DNA from: a virus
Length of the DNA: 64,000 nucleotides
IMG/VR virus record: IMGVR_UViG_3300010885_049703
Span: 50,260 to 114,259 of that record
Reading direction: 5' to 3' (one strand)
Shown: one piece after another, positions 10,050 to 19,846 of the stretch
Layout: each line of letters begins with the position of its first letter
Position numbering within the stretch: position 1 is the stretch's first letter
Program-made: the position numbers and the translations under genes
Notes under the pieces: generated by a model
What the model saw: only the letters and a program-made list of their open reading frames with translations
What the model was told of the DNA's origin: nothing
Databases searched by the model: none

Positions 10050-10078
10050 ATTATAACGCAAGTGAGATTATTGGTCAA
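10050..10078 (-). promoter_or_regulatory. sigma70-type promoter
   Basis: TTGACC-N17-TATAAT, followed by SD AAGGAG. Confidence 0.8.
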
Positions 10079-10314
10079 ACGGATTCCAAGTGTTTGAGAG
10101 CAAAAATCAACGCATCATTGGGGTCTTTGAACCAATATTCTAGTGTCCAAGCATCAACGTCGGCATTGTCAGGATTGGCATGCGCAAACCCCCAACGAAC
10201 ACCATATCTACCAAATTCCTGATTACACAGAGCATTGATCCGCATTACTTCAGTTGAAGTATATGGATTGAATTTCCGTTTGACTTTGGTAGTTTTCACA
10301 GTAAATAACTCCAT
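10075..10314 (-). CDS. Small hypothetical protein, 'F.L.W' paralog family
   Basis: Ends YWFKDPNDALIFALKH. Confidence 0.65.
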   Translation of the reverse strand: MELFTVKTTKVKRKFNPYTSTEVMRINALCNQEFGRYGVRWGFAHANPDNADVDAWTLEYWFKDPNDALIFALKHLESV

Positions 10315-11200
10315 GTATTCAATAACAGATCCCTGGGCAAGATTGCAACAAGTAATGGTTGGAACTTGTCATACACATCTTAATTTACCTTGGATCATAG
10401 ATTCTTCCGCTCGTACTGCATTGGAAAAAATTTTACTTGAAACTCAAGAAGATCTTGACAGTCTTGCCAATTGGTTAACTCAACAAGGTTGTACGGTTTC
10501 AAGACCAAAGGTAGATTCTACTAAGTTAACCAAGCGACCCACAATCTCTCCCAGGGATGACATTTTAGTTGTCGACAATCGATTGTTTGTTGATGTTGAC
10601 ACTATCAATGGCAGCAATATTCATTATTTTGGTGACCGTTTGTGCGTAAGTCGCGATGTTGATCCGGCTGTGGCTGCACGATTGTTTCCTGATTATAAAA
10701 TTATTAGATTTTATCAAACCGGGCATGTTGATGGTTGGTTCACTATTCCAACACCTGGATTGATTGTCAGCGGGATTGATCATCAACGTCCGGACCTTAT
10801 GAAAATGTTTTATAAAACATACTTTGCCGATCACGAAGTTGTCTATGTAAGTGAAACATTGGCCAAAGCAGATTGGGGATTGAATCGCACACATCAAACC
10901 TGGACCAGTCACGCAGACTCAGCACTGTCAAATTTCTTAGATCAATATCTTTCAAGTTGGACCGGAACTCCCGAAGAAACTATATTTGAAATCAATATGT
11001 TGATACTAGATCGCCACAATGTGGCGGTGAACTGTATTGATGACACAGTGCTCACAGCCTTGCAACGATACAGCGTCACGGCTCACATAGTTCCTTTTAG
11101 ACATGCTGCGTTTTGGGACTGCGGGATTCACTGTGCCACAGCAGATCTACAAAGAAAAAGCGAGAGTCCGGAGACCCTCGCATCAACGCACCGCAATTAA
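10313..11200 (+). CDS. Amidinotransferase (glycine/inosamine-phosphate amidinotransferase family)
   Basis: DPWARLQQVMVG start, PRDD, GHVDG, FEINML, GIHCAT catalytic Cys; start reassigned to ATG 10313. Confidence 0.82.
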   Translation: MYSITDPWARLQQVMVGTCHTHLNLPWIIDSSARTALEKILLETQEDLDSLANWLTQQGCTVSRPKVDSTKLTKRPTISPRDDILVVDNRLFVDVDTINGSNIHYFGDRLCVSRDVDPAVAARLFPDYKIIRFYQTGHVDGWFTIPTPGLIVSGIDHQRPDLMKMFYKTYFADHEVVYVSETLAKADWGLNRTHQTWTSHADSALSNFLDQYLSSWTGTPEETIFEINMLILDRHNVAVNCIDDTVLTALQRYSVTAHIVPFRHAAFWDCGIHCATADLQRKSESPETLASTHRN

Positions 11201-12285
11201 CTGGCACTGGCTTGTAGAATGTACTTGCCGTAACGATTGTGGAACTCGTCAAAGTGAGTAAGTTTAGTGGGTTGGAACGGTAGATTGTACGTAGTCAATG
11301 CAATACGTGCGCCCATGACAACCAACTCAGTTTCAAAATTATCCATCATGTAGCGGAAGAAGCAATCAGCCATGGCATGGAATTTCTTATCTTCGGCTTT
11401 GTTTTCAACTGCATCCTTGAGCTCGTAACACATTGAAATCACCAAGGAATACATTGCCGACACTTCTTTGACATCAAGTGTAGTGACCTTGCCACTAAGG
11501 ATATCTTCGGGCTTGGGCATGCGACCTGCAATTTTGCGGTGTGCTGCAAATTTAACAGCAAGGCCTTCGCCAATGGTGCCAGAAATCAAATTGGTCAAAG
11601 TTTCAACGTCAGTGTCGTCGTCGTGTAACAGTTCGCTAACAAAGGTCCAAGTACGTGGTGTAGCAAAGGCACGTGAGCTAGACTTGGCATCAAAGTCATA
11701 CAAGTCTTGTTTGGCAAAACTCAAATAACCCACAACATCTTTGTGAATCTTGTTGTTGGTGGCCCACTCTTGCCAATTAGAAAAGTCAACTTTGATCTCT
11801 TGGTGAATAAAACGATTGGCAAGCGGAGTAGGCATACGGAATGTAACACCTTTGTCCGACTCACGGTTACCTGCAGCAACCATAACAACATTGTCTGGCA
11901 ATACATACTTGCCCACACGACGATTGAGAATCAACTGATAGGCTGCGGCTTGTACTGCTGGCGCTGCGGAGTTGAGTTCGTCCAGGAACAAAACCACCAC
12001 AGGATATTGATCTGCTAGTTCTTGACTGGGTAAGTCAATGGGCGGTGCCCAATCCATCACACCTTTTTCTTTGTTGTAAAACGGAATGCCTCGTATGTCT
12101 GTGGGCTCCATCTGCCCCAAACGAAGATCAATCATGAAACCGTTGAGGTCTTGAGAGATTTCTGCAACTACATCACTCTTGCCAACACCCGGAGGCCCCC
12201 AGAGAAAGATGGGACGTTTAACATTGAAGGCTTTGGTGATACACTTGCGAACTTGCTTGATTGTTACTGTGCGGGATTCTGACAC
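11197..12285 (-). CDS. MoxR-like AAA+ ATPase
   Basis: GPPGVGKS Walker A, LFLDE Walker B, AAGN, LANRF, TPRTW. Confidence 0.92.
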   Translation of the reverse strand: MSESRTVTIKQVRKCITKAFNVKRPIFLWGPPGVGKSDVVAEISQDLNGFMIDLRLGQMEPTDIRGIPFYNKEKGVMDWAPPIDLPSQELADQYPVVVLFLDELNSAAPAVQAAAYQLILNRRVGKYVLPDNVVMVAAGNRESDKGVTFRMPTPLANRFIHQEIKVDFSNWQEWATNNKIHKDVVGYLSFAKQDLYDFDAKSSSRAFATPRTWTFVSELLHDDDTDVETLTNLISGTIGEGLAVKFAAHRKIAGRMPKPEDILSGKVTTLDVKEVSAMYSLVISMCYELKDAVENKAEDKKFHAMADCFFRYMMDNFETELVVMGARIALTTYNLPFQPTKLTHFDEFHNRYGKYILQASAS

Positions 12286-12316
12286 GAATGTTCTCCTTTT
12301 TAACTATTGAACACAT

Positions 12317-12345
12317 ATTATACTAGTTGACGAATTTTGTGTCAA
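12317..12345 (-). promoter_or_regulatory. Consensus sigma70 promoter
   Basis: TTGACA-N17-TATAAT. Confidence 0.85.
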
Positions 12346-12351
12346 ACAAAA

Positions 12352-12693
12352 TCACATGCCTTCGGGATAATGCAACTCCCATGCCGCGTCGCCTACAACT
12401 GAAATCCAATGTTTCTTAGGCAACTTATCAATTATGTCAAACGCAACATTCTCTGCGTAAAAATCGTATTCATGAATCACTTTTTTAGCCAGCAATCTAG
12501 CGATGGCTGCATCAAACTTTTCGCGAACTACAGAATCCGCAACAGTACGAGCAATTGCATCTTTTTTAACAATACCCACTGCTCTCCATTCTGCAGTAGT
12601 AAAGTCGCCTTCGCGTCCACTCCACATTTCGCGGCATACTGATTCAAATTTTGGGATACGCACATTTACGGTTACAGTTTTAGCAATACGCAT
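12352..12693 (-). CDS. Hypothetical protein (probably early)
   Basis: SD TAAGGAG and its own promoter. Confidence 0.7.
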   Translation of the reverse strand: MRIAKTVTVNVRIPKFESVCREMWSGREGDFTTAEWRAVGIVKKDAIARTVADSVVREKFDAAIARLLAKKVIHEYDFYAENVAFDIIDKLPKKHWISVVGDAAWELHYPEGM

Positions 12694-12725
12694 TTGATTC
12701 GCTCCTTATTAACTACTATACATCT

Positions 12726-12754
12726 ATTATAGCAAATGGAGTATTATTGGTCAA
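12726..12754 (-). promoter_or_regulatory. sigma70-type promoter
   Basis: TTGACC-N17-TATAAT. Confidence 0.8.
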
Positions 12755-12758
12755 ATAG

Positions 12759-12788
12759 AAAAAAGCCCTTGATTTACAAGGGCTTTTT
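12759..12788. terminator. Bidirectional intrinsic terminator
   Basis: AAAAAGCCCTTG-ATTTA-CAAGGGCTTTTT. Confidence 0.85.
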
Positions 12789-12813
12789 GGTTGCTGCTTT
12801 GCTAACAATGTTG

Positions 12814-13053
12814 CTAATCTGTTAGTGCCAGGGATTTACTGCGCTTTCGTAAGAACTCTTGCCCCACATAATAATCCACTAGTTTACGCTGAATCATTGT
12901 GACTAAGTCGCCTGAATCATCGTCAACAAAGAATCGCACAGGACACCTGCCCCAAGTACTATAACGCACGAAGTCTGCGTAATACTTGCGATGATTCTTG
13001 TCCGTGGGATCAAACACTACCCAGGGTCTATGCAAAAGTTGGAGTCTGCTCAT
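12814..13053 (-). CDS. Hypothetical phage protein
   Basis: Likely start MSRLQLLHRPW at 13053; WGRCPVRF motif. Confidence 0.7.
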   Translation of the reverse strand: MSRLQLLHRPWVVFDPTDKNHRKYYADFVRYSTWGRCPVRFFVDDDSGDLVTMIQRKLVDYYVGQEFLRKRSKSLALTD

Positions 13054-13054
13054 A

Positions 13055-14347
13055 TTAATAACGATATGTCTCTGGTTTGAAAGGTCCATTAAGGTCTACA
13101 CCAATGTAGTCGGCTTGTCGTTGTGTTAGTGTAGTTAGTGTAGCACCAACGTGAGCTAAATGCAACCTAGCAACCTCCTCATCTATGTGTTTTGGCAACA
13201 GATAAATGTCTACTTTGCTGTATTTTGATGAATTGGTCCACAGCTCAAGTTGAGCCAACACCTGATTGGTGAAACTAGTTGACATCACGTAACTTGGGTG
13301 CCCCGTGGCGCAGCCCAGGTTTACCAGTCGACCTCGGGCCAACACAATAATTTTACGACCATCGGGCCATACCACATGGTCTACCAGAGGCTTGATTTCT
13401 TCCCAGACCAAGTCTTGTAAGCCGGCAATGTCAATTTCACTATCAAAGTGACCAATGTTACACACAATGGCATTACGTTTCATGCGATCCATGTGATGAC
13501 GAGTGATCACATCAACATTGCCTGTGGCAGTGACAAAGATGTCGGCTATCTCAGCCGCGTAGTCCATGGTCACAACTTCATACCCGTCCATGGCTGCCTG
13601 CAATGCACAGATAGGATCAATCTCAGTAATCCATACCCTGGCGTTTAATGCACGTAAGGCTTGAGCTGACCCTTTGCCTACATCGCCATAACCAGCAACC
13701 ACAGCAGTTTTACCTGCGATCATAACATCTGTAGCACGTTTGATCGCATCCACTAGACTTTCACGACAACCATACAAGTTATCAAATTTTGTTTTGGTGA
13801 CTGAATCATTGACATTGATCGCGGGAATCTTTAATGTACCTGCAGCAATACGTTCTACAAGTTTATGAATACCTGTGGTAGTCTCTTCACTGACACCAAT
13901 GATGCCGGGCAACAGATCAGGATGGCGATCATGCACCCATGCAGTGAGATCATGCCCATCATCTAACAATAGATTAGGTACCCATCCATTGGGACCGCGT
14001 ACGGTTTGTTCAATACACCACCAATATTCTTCTTCAGATTCACCTTTCCAAGCAAACACTGGAATACCCTGTGCAGCCAATGCGGCTGCTGCATGATCCT
14101 GCGTTGAAAAAATATTACAACTTGACCAACGTACTTCGGCACCAAGATCAACAAGTGTTTGAACCAATACTGCAGTCTGGATAGTCATATGTAGACTACC
14201 TGTGATACGTGCGCCCTGGAGAGGTTTTGTACTACGATACTTTTCACGCACAGACATCAAGCCCGGCATCTCTTGTTCAGCAATGGCGATTTCTCGTTGC
14301 CCCCAGGCCGCTAGGTCAATGTCAGCTACTTTAAAGTCATAGTGCAT
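13055..14347 (-). CDS. ahcY: S-adenosylhomocysteine hydrolase
   Basis: [58 protein letters not shown]; start MHYDFKV at 14347. Confidence 0.98.
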   Translation of the reverse strand: MHYDFKVADIDLAAWGQREIAIAEQEMPGLMSVREKYRSTKPLQGARITGSLHMTIQTAVLVQTLVDLGAEVRWSSCNIFSTQDHAAAALAAQGIPVFAWKGESEEEYWWCIEQTVRGPNGWVPNLLLDDGHDLTAWVHDRHPDLLPGIIGVSEETTTGIHKLVERIAAGTLKIPAINVNDSVTKTKFDNLYGCRESLVDAIKRATDVMIAGKTAVVAGYGDVGKGSAQALRALNARVWITEIDPICALQAAMDGYEVVTMDYAAEIADIFVTATGNVDVITRHHMDRMKRNAIVCNIGHFDSEIDIAGLQDLVWEEIKPLVDHVVWPDGRKIIVLARGRLVNLGCATGHPSYVMSTSFTNQVLAQLELWTNSSKYSKVDIYLLPKHIDEEVARLHLAHVGATLTTLTQRQADYIGVDLNGPFKPETYRY

Positions 14348-14510
14348 TGTCTGTGGCCCCCTGTGGACGTTTTTCGCGGCGAGGTTGAATTGCTGCTGCA
14401 AGTTCGGCTTGTATCATTGCTGATTTGTATGCATGCATGCGATCACCAAGTAATGTTGCCATTACTCGTTTGGTGGTTTTTGATAGGTTAAAGTGTTTAC
14501 CTGGTTTCAT
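14337..14510 (-). CDS. Small basic hypothetical protein (57 aa)
   Basis: Not in track: [57 protein letters not shown]; ATGA-coupled to rpoZ. Confidence 0.7.
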   Translation of the reverse strand: MKPGKHFNLSKTTKRVMATLLGDRMHAYKSAMIQAELAAAIQPRREKRPQGATDNAL

Positions 14511-14767
14511 CTAGTTCCTTTATATGATTTCTGTGTGACAGCAGGATCCTGGTTGAGATATAGATAATCTTTGGTGACATACCCTTCTTCTATTTCTCTA
14601 ATAGCAGTGACACTGTGTCCATGACGTCCGGGTGATATATGTGCTGTATACCCAGATTTTAATTCTCTAACTCTGCGACTAGCAACGAGCACTAAATTGA
14701 ATAGCCCTCCCACACGCTGGGCTGCTACTTGACTGGTCAATCCATGTTGATCAATTTGATTTGACAT
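14507..14767 (-). CDS. rpoZ: RNA polymerase omega subunit homolog
   Basis: FNLVLVASRRVREL ... TAIREIEEG matches omega conserved regions (FDLVLVAARRARQ / IALREIEEG). Confidence 0.85.
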   Translation of the reverse strand: MSNQIDQHGLTSQVAAQRVGGLFNLVLVASRRVRELKSGYTAHISPGRHGHSVTAIREIEEGYVTKDYLYLNQDPAVTQKSYKGTR

Positions 14768-14823
14768 TGTTGTTCCTTATAGAGAAGTATTTAACTATAA
14801 CATAATATCAATATAAAATCAAG

Positions 14824-14849
14824 ACAATGCCCACCAAAGTGGGCATTGT
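14824..14849. terminator. Hairpin / probable terminator after rubrerythrin
   Basis: ACAATGCCCAC-CAAA-GTGGGCATTGT. Confidence 0.6.
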
Positions 14850-14864
14850 GGCCAAATTCTTCAA

Positions 14865-15302
14865 TTAGGTGTTGTCAGCGGTGTACTTTTCCAATGCCTT
14901 GGCATAACGATTGGCATGACTACGTTCTGCTTTGGCCAATGTTTCAAACCAATCAGCAACTTCATCAAACCCTTCATCACGAGCAATTTTAGCCATACCA
15001 GGGTACATGTCTGTGTACTCGTGTGTTTCACCATGAATTGCTGCTTCCAACATTTCACGTGGTGTTTTACCTGGAAGTCCTGTACCAGGTTCACCTGCAC
15101 CACCTTCAATCAAGTATTCCATGTGACCATGTGCATGTCCTGTTTCACCTTCAGCGGTGCTACGGAACAATGCTGACAGATCATTTTCTCCGGCAATGTC
15201 GCAACCGTTTGCAAAATACAAATAACGACGATTTGCCATTGACTCTCCGGCAAATGCTTCTTTCAAACACTCTGCTGTTTTGGTACCTTTAAGATTACTC
15301 AT
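14865..15302 (-). CDS. Short-chain rubrerythrin (di-iron ferritin-like, no rubredoxin domain)
   Basis: AFAGES.A.RRY, ETGHA, GETHE..MYP, AERSH. Confidence 0.93.
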   Translation of the reverse strand: MSNLKGTKTAECLKEAFAGESMANRRYLYFANGCDIAGENDLSALFRSTAEGETGHAHGHMEYLIEGGAGEPGTGLPGKTPREMLEAAIHGETHEYTDMYPGMAKIARDEGFDEVADWFETLAKAERSHANRYAKALEKYTADNT

Positions 15303-15382
15303 TTACTTCTCCTTAAAAATAAAATATTATACTACTTAGATAAATGAAAAGCAACTGATTTGAACAATAAATATCTTCGCCT

Positions 15383-16390
15383 ATGATATCATTTGAAGAA
15401 ATCAGAGATGTGCATTTGGAAATCTCTAGCCTATGCAATGCTGCCTGCCCGTTATGCCCTAGAAATTTTCGAGGGTATCCGCACAATGATGGATATCCAG
15501 AAGCCAACATGACATTGGCACAGGCACAACAAATCTTTGATCCCAATTTTGTTTCACAGTTGTCACGCATCTACCTCAATGGCAATTTTGGAGACATTGT
15601 GATGAATCCAGAAACCCCAGACATTGTTGAGTACTTTCGAGCAAATAATCCCAATTTAATCATTGCGATCAGCACAAATGGATCAGGTAGAGATCGAAAA
15701 TTTTGGCAAAGATTGGCCAATGCAGGAGCCAAAGTTTTTTTCTGTCTCGATGGACTAGAGGACACACATCACTTGTATAGGCAAAACACAGTGTGGCGCC
15801 AAATACTTCGCAATGCTGAAACTTTTATTGCCGCTGGTGGTTATGCTACTTGGAAGTTTATATTGTTTGACCATAACCAACATCAGATACAACAATGTCG
15901 TGAGCTGTCAGAACAATTAAAATTCGCACATTTTGAAATCATCAACGATGGCAGAAACATAGGGCCAGCGTTTGACAAACACGGAGAACTCACACATGTC
16001 ATCGGCGACTATCAAGGCTCAACAGATTTTAAAACAATGTTCTTTAAGAAAAAAACAGACACAGTTGTATTAGAAGATATCATTGTTGATAAAAAAGTAA
16101 AATCAACAGTCATCTGTGAAGCCAAAATTACCAAGTCAATCTATGTTACATCCATTGGTGAAGTGTATCCCTGCTGCTTCATGGGCTACTATCCAAGAAC
16201 CTACGGGCGAGGGGAATACCATCAAGCAGTTAATTCACAGATAGCACTGTTGATGCAAAATAACAATGCGTTGGACTCATCTATTAAACAATGCATTGAG
16301 TGGTTTGCTGATGTAGAAACATCCTGGAAGAAGGCTACGTATGAATCTGGCAGATTAGTAGTGTGTGATGATAACTGCGGGTCTTGTTGA
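15383..16390 (+). CDS. Radical SAM protein with SPASM/twitch domain
   Basis: CNAACPLC; GEVYPCC; C-terminal CDDNC; TAAATA upstream. Confidence 0.9.
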   Translation: MISFEEIRDVHLEISSLCNAACPLCPRNFRGYPHNDGYPEANMTLAQAQQIFDPNFVSQLSRIYLNGNFGDIVMNPETPDIVEYFRANNPNLIIAISTNGSGRDRKFWQRLANAGAKVFFCLDGLEDTHHLYRQNTVWRQILRNAETFIAAGGYATWKFILFDHNQHQIQQCRELSEQLKFAHFEIINDGRNIGPAFDKHGELTHVIGDYQGSTDFKTMFFKKKTDTVVLEDIIVDKKVKSTVICEAKITKSIYVTSIGEVYPCCFMGYYPRTYGRGEYHQAVNSQIALLMQNNNALDSSIKQCIEWFADVETSWKKATYESGRLVVCDDNCGSC

Positions 16391-16391
16391 T

Positions 16392-17027
16392 TTATTTTTG
16401 CATGAGTTGATTGACAAAATCAAGTAAGAGATGATGTTGACCGCCGTTCCAGCGACTGCGCATCCAGCTGTAGCAATTGTACCAATGCTGATCGGCTTCG
16501 GGATGACATCCTATCAGTCCCACACGATCTTGCATGATGGCCATGGCGTCACCATTGGCATATCGAGCAACGGTCTCGAAGTTGTTGCCTACAAATGCAC
16601 AGCCGTCATAAAAGTACATGTTTGTGGGCATGTCTTGCCAAGTCACTGAGATGTGTTTGGCGTGCGGACGTCGTGTGTCTGTGTTGGGCTGACGAATATA
16701 CTGCACTGCTCTGACACCATTTAGCAGCCCAAAATAATCTGTATCAGCCCAGTATGCACCCATGCAAATGCCCAGATATCTACCACCCCCGGCCACAAAG
16801 TTGCGTATGCGTTGAGCATGTTGACGCATCAGGAAATCGTAACTGTCGCTATCCCCTATACCGCCCGGGAAACAAACCATGTCAACATCGTCAAAAAAGT
16901 CATCTTCTAGTTCGTGACGAGTAAACAGTTTGAAGTTATAGTGTGGCTCAAGAGCTCGTATGACCCCGTTGCCGCTTTGCACTGAACATCGGGGCTGGTG
17001 TACAAACAAGGCTATGCGCCTGTGCAT
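16392..17027 (-). CDS. BPL_N / class I glutamine amidotransferase-like protein
   Basis: FPGG, GGRYLGICMGAY, GCHPE. Confidence 0.82.
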   Translation of the reverse strand: MHRRIALFVHQPRCSVQSGNGVIRALEPHYNFKLFTRHELEDDFFDDVDMVCFPGGIGDSDSYDFLMRQHAQRIRNFVAGGGRYLGICMGAYWADTDYFGLLNGVRAVQYIRQPNTDTRRPHAKHISVTWQDMPTNMYFYDGCAFVGNNFETVARYANGDAMAIMQDRVGLIGCHPEADQHWYNCYSWMRSRWNGGQHHLLLDFVNQLMQK

Positions 17028-17030
17028 ACG

Positions 17031-17141
17031 CTAGTATCCGTAGAATACTATTTTGATGATGAAAACTAGCCAAGCCAGTCTCAGCACGTTGTCAAAAATG
17101 CGTTCAGCAATGTCTAGTTTTGTGGGTGTTTTGTTGTCCAT
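17031..17141 (-). CDS. Small membrane protein (36 aa)
   Basis: Not in track: MDNKTPTKLDIAERIFDNVLRLAWLVFIIKIVFYGY; TAAATA upstream. Confidence 0.55.
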   Translation of the reverse strand: MDNKTPTKLDIAERIFDNVLRLAWLVFIIKIVFYGY

Positions 17142-17172
17142 GATTATCTGCTAGGTTAATGGTATTTAGTTC

Positions 17173-17198
17173 AAACAAAAAGGGCTCCGAAGAGCCCT
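17173..17198 (-). terminator. Intrinsic terminator with UUCG loop
   Basis: AGGGCTC-TTCG-GAGCCCT followed by a T-tract, after the porin. Confidence 0.9.
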
Positions 17199-17257
17199 GT
17201 GTTGCTACTGGTTACGGGTTCCAGTGATCGCCCAATCTTTGCGCCCGATTTCATGAA

Positions 17258-18673
17258 TTAGAAGCTAATTTGGCCTCTGAGCATAACTGCCTGTTCGCCA
17301 TCTACACGAGCACCAGATGTACCAACTGGTTTGTTAAACTTAGTGTCAACGTAGTTTGCCATCAAACGTACATTGTCGTTTAAGAACCAAGTAACACCGT
17401 AAGTAATGGAGGTTGCTAGGTTTGCTTTACCTGTTGCAACAGTGATATCTTCAGCATTGAACTCACTGGCACGTACACCAACTTGCCATGCACCCTTGCC
17501 ACCACTTGTGTAAGCAGAGTTAGGTTTGATCCAACCAAATATACCATCTTTGTAGTTGTGGCTCTCACCCGTGATATTATAGATTGCCTGAACATAGTGA
17601 CCAGTAATCTCTTTATCTGTACCAGTAGCGGGGTCATAGTTGAAGTTGAAATGCTCACCTTGCAATTTCAAACCCTTCCAAGCAAATGCTGCTTCAATGC
17701 CTTGGCGTGTTCGTGCGGTATCACCACTCAATGCTGATGATCCTGTGAACCATGCACTTTGCTGGCGGCCTTCAGTACGACCACTGGCAGGAGCAACTCC
17801 AGTTTTGACATTGCCTGTGCTGTATGCTGCACCCAAGTGTGCCACAAAGTCTTTGTTCTGAATTACTTCTGCAATGTTTGTAGTCACACGTCCAACAACA
17901 TCTACACCATCAACTGCGGTGCTCTTGTTAGCACGACCACGGCTTAGTGCCACAGCGTAGGTAAATCCTGTTCTAGGAATACCATGTAACATCACACCAG
18001 TTTCTTTGGCAGGAATAAATTCACCTTCAGTCTGACCAATCAAACTACGTTCCATGAAGTCAATGTTGTTGGAACTGGTCAACTGTTCTAAACTGAAAGG
18101 CATCTTAAATGTACCAACTTGTAGTTGTGCCTCTGTGATAGCAGCATAGTTAAACCAGAATTCATCAATGGTTGATGTGGTTGAACTTGCGCCAGCGTCG
18201 TTACCAAAGTTTGCCAAGAGAAGATATTTGAAGTCTTTGGCAATCTGTCCACGTACACCAAAACGTCCACGACGAACTTCCAATGTGTCTTGATATGGAT
18301 CGGTTGATTGACCAGAACTAAATGTTTGAGTATAACTTCTGTAGTCCATGTGAATACGACCAGTAAACTGTGCTGTGGTATTGCCATCTTTGGATTTGAT
18401 ACCAAGACCATTTTCCATCACAGCGCCATCATTCGCTCTGCTCAAACGATAGTTGTTGCTGTCCTTGACATCTTTGTCAATTCTAGATGATTGGAATTCT
18501 TTGTTTTCCAAACGATCCCGGTGTGCTTCAATTTTAGAAGAGTGTTCTTGCTTAGATAGAATTCCTTTTTGTAAAAGAATATCTAATGTATCAGTGTATT
18601 CATCTGCTTGCACAGATCCAGCAAACGACAAGGCAATTGCCAGCGCCGCTGTTAGCATTTTAAAGTGTTTCAT
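17258..18673 (-). CDS. Phosphate-selective porin, OprO/OprP family
   Basis: Signal peptide, RRGRFGVRG, FKMPFSLE..TSSN..DFMERS, C-terminal Phe; adjacent to pstS. Confidence 0.9.
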   Translation of the reverse strand: MKHFKMLTAALAIALSFAGSVQADEYTDTLDILLQKGILSKQEHSSKIEAHRDRLENKEFQSSRIDKDVKDSNNYRLSRANDGAVMENGLGIKSKDGNTTAQFTGRIHMDYRSYTQTFSSGQSTDPYQDTLEVRRGRFGVRGQIAKDFKYLLLANFGNDAGASSTTSTIDEFWFNYAAITEAQLQVGTFKMPFSLEQLTSSNNIDFMERSLIGQTEGEFIPAKETGVMLHGIPRTGFTYAVALSRGRANKSTAVDGVDVVGRVTTNIAEVIQNKDFVAHLGAAYSTGNVKTGVAPASGRTEGRQQSAWFTGSSALSGDTARTRQGIEAAFAWKGLKLQGEHFNFNYDPATGTDKEITGHYVQAIYNITGESHNYKDGIFGWIKPNSAYTSGGKGAWQVGVRASEFNAEDITVATGKANLATSITYGVTWFLNDNVRLMANYVDTKFNKPVGTSGARVDGEQAVMLRGQISF

Positions 18674-18702
18674 TGAGGTTTCCTTTCGAATAATCCACCA
18701 AC

Positions 18703-18732
18703 ACTATACTACATTATGTTGGTGGATGTCAA
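18703..18732 (-). promoter_or_regulatory. sigma70-type promoter overlapped by an 11-bp inverted repeat
   Basis: TTGACA-N18-TATAGT; arms ATCCACCAACA (18693-18703) and TGTTGGTGGAT (18717-18727). Confidence 0.55.
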
Positions 18733-18737
18733 GTGTA

Positions 18738-19763
18738 TTACTTCCAAATTGATTGACCACTGGGGTCTTTCAGATCTTTTTTCCAGTTATCTTGTACTAA
18801 TTTGATAACAGACTGAGGCATGTGTACATATTCCAATTCTTCACTCATCTTAGCGCCGTTTTTATAGGACCAGTCAAAGAATTTAAGAATAGCACGACCA
18901 GTCAAGCCATCTGCTTGTTGACGGTGCATTATGATAAAACTAGCACCAGTTGCTGGCCAAGAATCTTTGCCAGTTTGGTTTGTCAGTAACAAATACATTC
19001 CTGGAGCGTTGTTCCAATCTGCACCTGCTGCGGCTGCTTTAAATGTGCTGTCATCTGGTTGTACAAAGTTGCCATCACGATTTTTCAATTGTGCATGAGC
19101 AATTTTATTTTTCTTGGCAAATGCATATTCCACATACCCAAAAGAACCTTTGACACGTTGAATGTTGGCTGCAACACCTTCATTGCCTTTGCCGCCTACA
19201 CCAACTGGCCACTTTACGGCTGTACCTTCACCAATTGTTTTAGCAAAATCAGCATTTACTTTGCTTAGATAGTTTGTCCAAATAAATGTTGTACCTGAAC
19301 CATCTGCACGGTGTACTTCGGTAATATTCATTGCTGGTAGTGTAACGCCAGGATTCAAATCAGTGATTGCTTTGTCATTCCACTTGGTAATTTTGCCTAG
19401 ATGAATATTGGCAATTACATCACTGGTCAGTTTTAATTGTCCCGGTTCTACACCATCAAGATTAACCACTGGAACAACACCACCAATGATTGCAGGGAAT
19501 TGCATCAAACCTTCTTTTTCCAGTTCTTCTGGTTTCAATGGCATATCACTGGCGCCAAAGTCTACTGTCTTGGCTTTGATTTGACGTATGCCGCCGCCTG
19601 AGCCAATGCTTTGATAATTGAGTCCAATGCCTGTTGCTGCTTTGTAAGCTTCTGCCCATTTAGAATAAATTGGGTAGGGAAATGTAGCACCGGCACCGGT
19701 TAAATCTGCTGCAAACGCCACTCCGGTTAGCGTTAATAATACGGCTGCAATGAGTCGTTTCAT
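18738..19763 (-). CDS. pstS: Phosphate ABC transporter periplasmic binding protein
   Basis: GAGATFPYP, YQSIGSGGG, DFGASD, HRADGSGTT, GKGNEGV. Confidence 0.98.
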   Translation of the reverse strand: MKRLIAAVLLTLTGVAFAADLTGAGATFPYPIYSKWAEAYKAATGIGLNYQSIGSGGGIRQIKAKTVDFGASDMPLKPEELEKEGLMQFPAIIGGVVPVVNLDGVEPGQLKLTSDVIANIHLGKITKWNDKAITDLNPGVTLPAMNITEVHRADGSGTTFIWTNYLSKVNADFAKTIGEGTAVKWPVGVGGKGNEGVAANIQRVKGSFGYVEYAFAKKNKIAHAQLKNRDGNFVQPDDSTFKAAAAGADWNNAPGMYLLLTNQTGKDSWPATGASFIIMHRQQADGLTGRAILKFFDWSYKNGAKMSEELEYVHMPQSVIKLVQDNWKKDLKDPSGQSIWK

Positions 19764-19808
19764 ATGTTGTCCTTAAAAGTTAAGCAGATGATGTTGCTCT
19801 GCAGTCAG

Positions 19809-19843
19809 TATTTAAACACATTAATATTACAACAGCATTACAA
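19809..19843 (-). promoter_or_regulatory. Pho box plus TAAATA element upstream of pstS
   Basis: TTGTAAT-GCTG-TTGTAAT (11-nt period; consensus CTGTCAT-N4-CTGTCAY), then 11 nt, then TAAATA. Confidence 0.75.
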
Positions 19844-19846
19844 AAT

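Noticed and set aside
14340-14510. SAH riboswitch upstream of ahcY
   Set aside because: The region is occupied by a coupled small ORF and shows no SAH aptamer consensus.
15303-15390. OxyR or Fur box upstream of rubrerythrin
   Set aside because: Only a partial ATAG half-site match in AT-rich DNA; not supportable.
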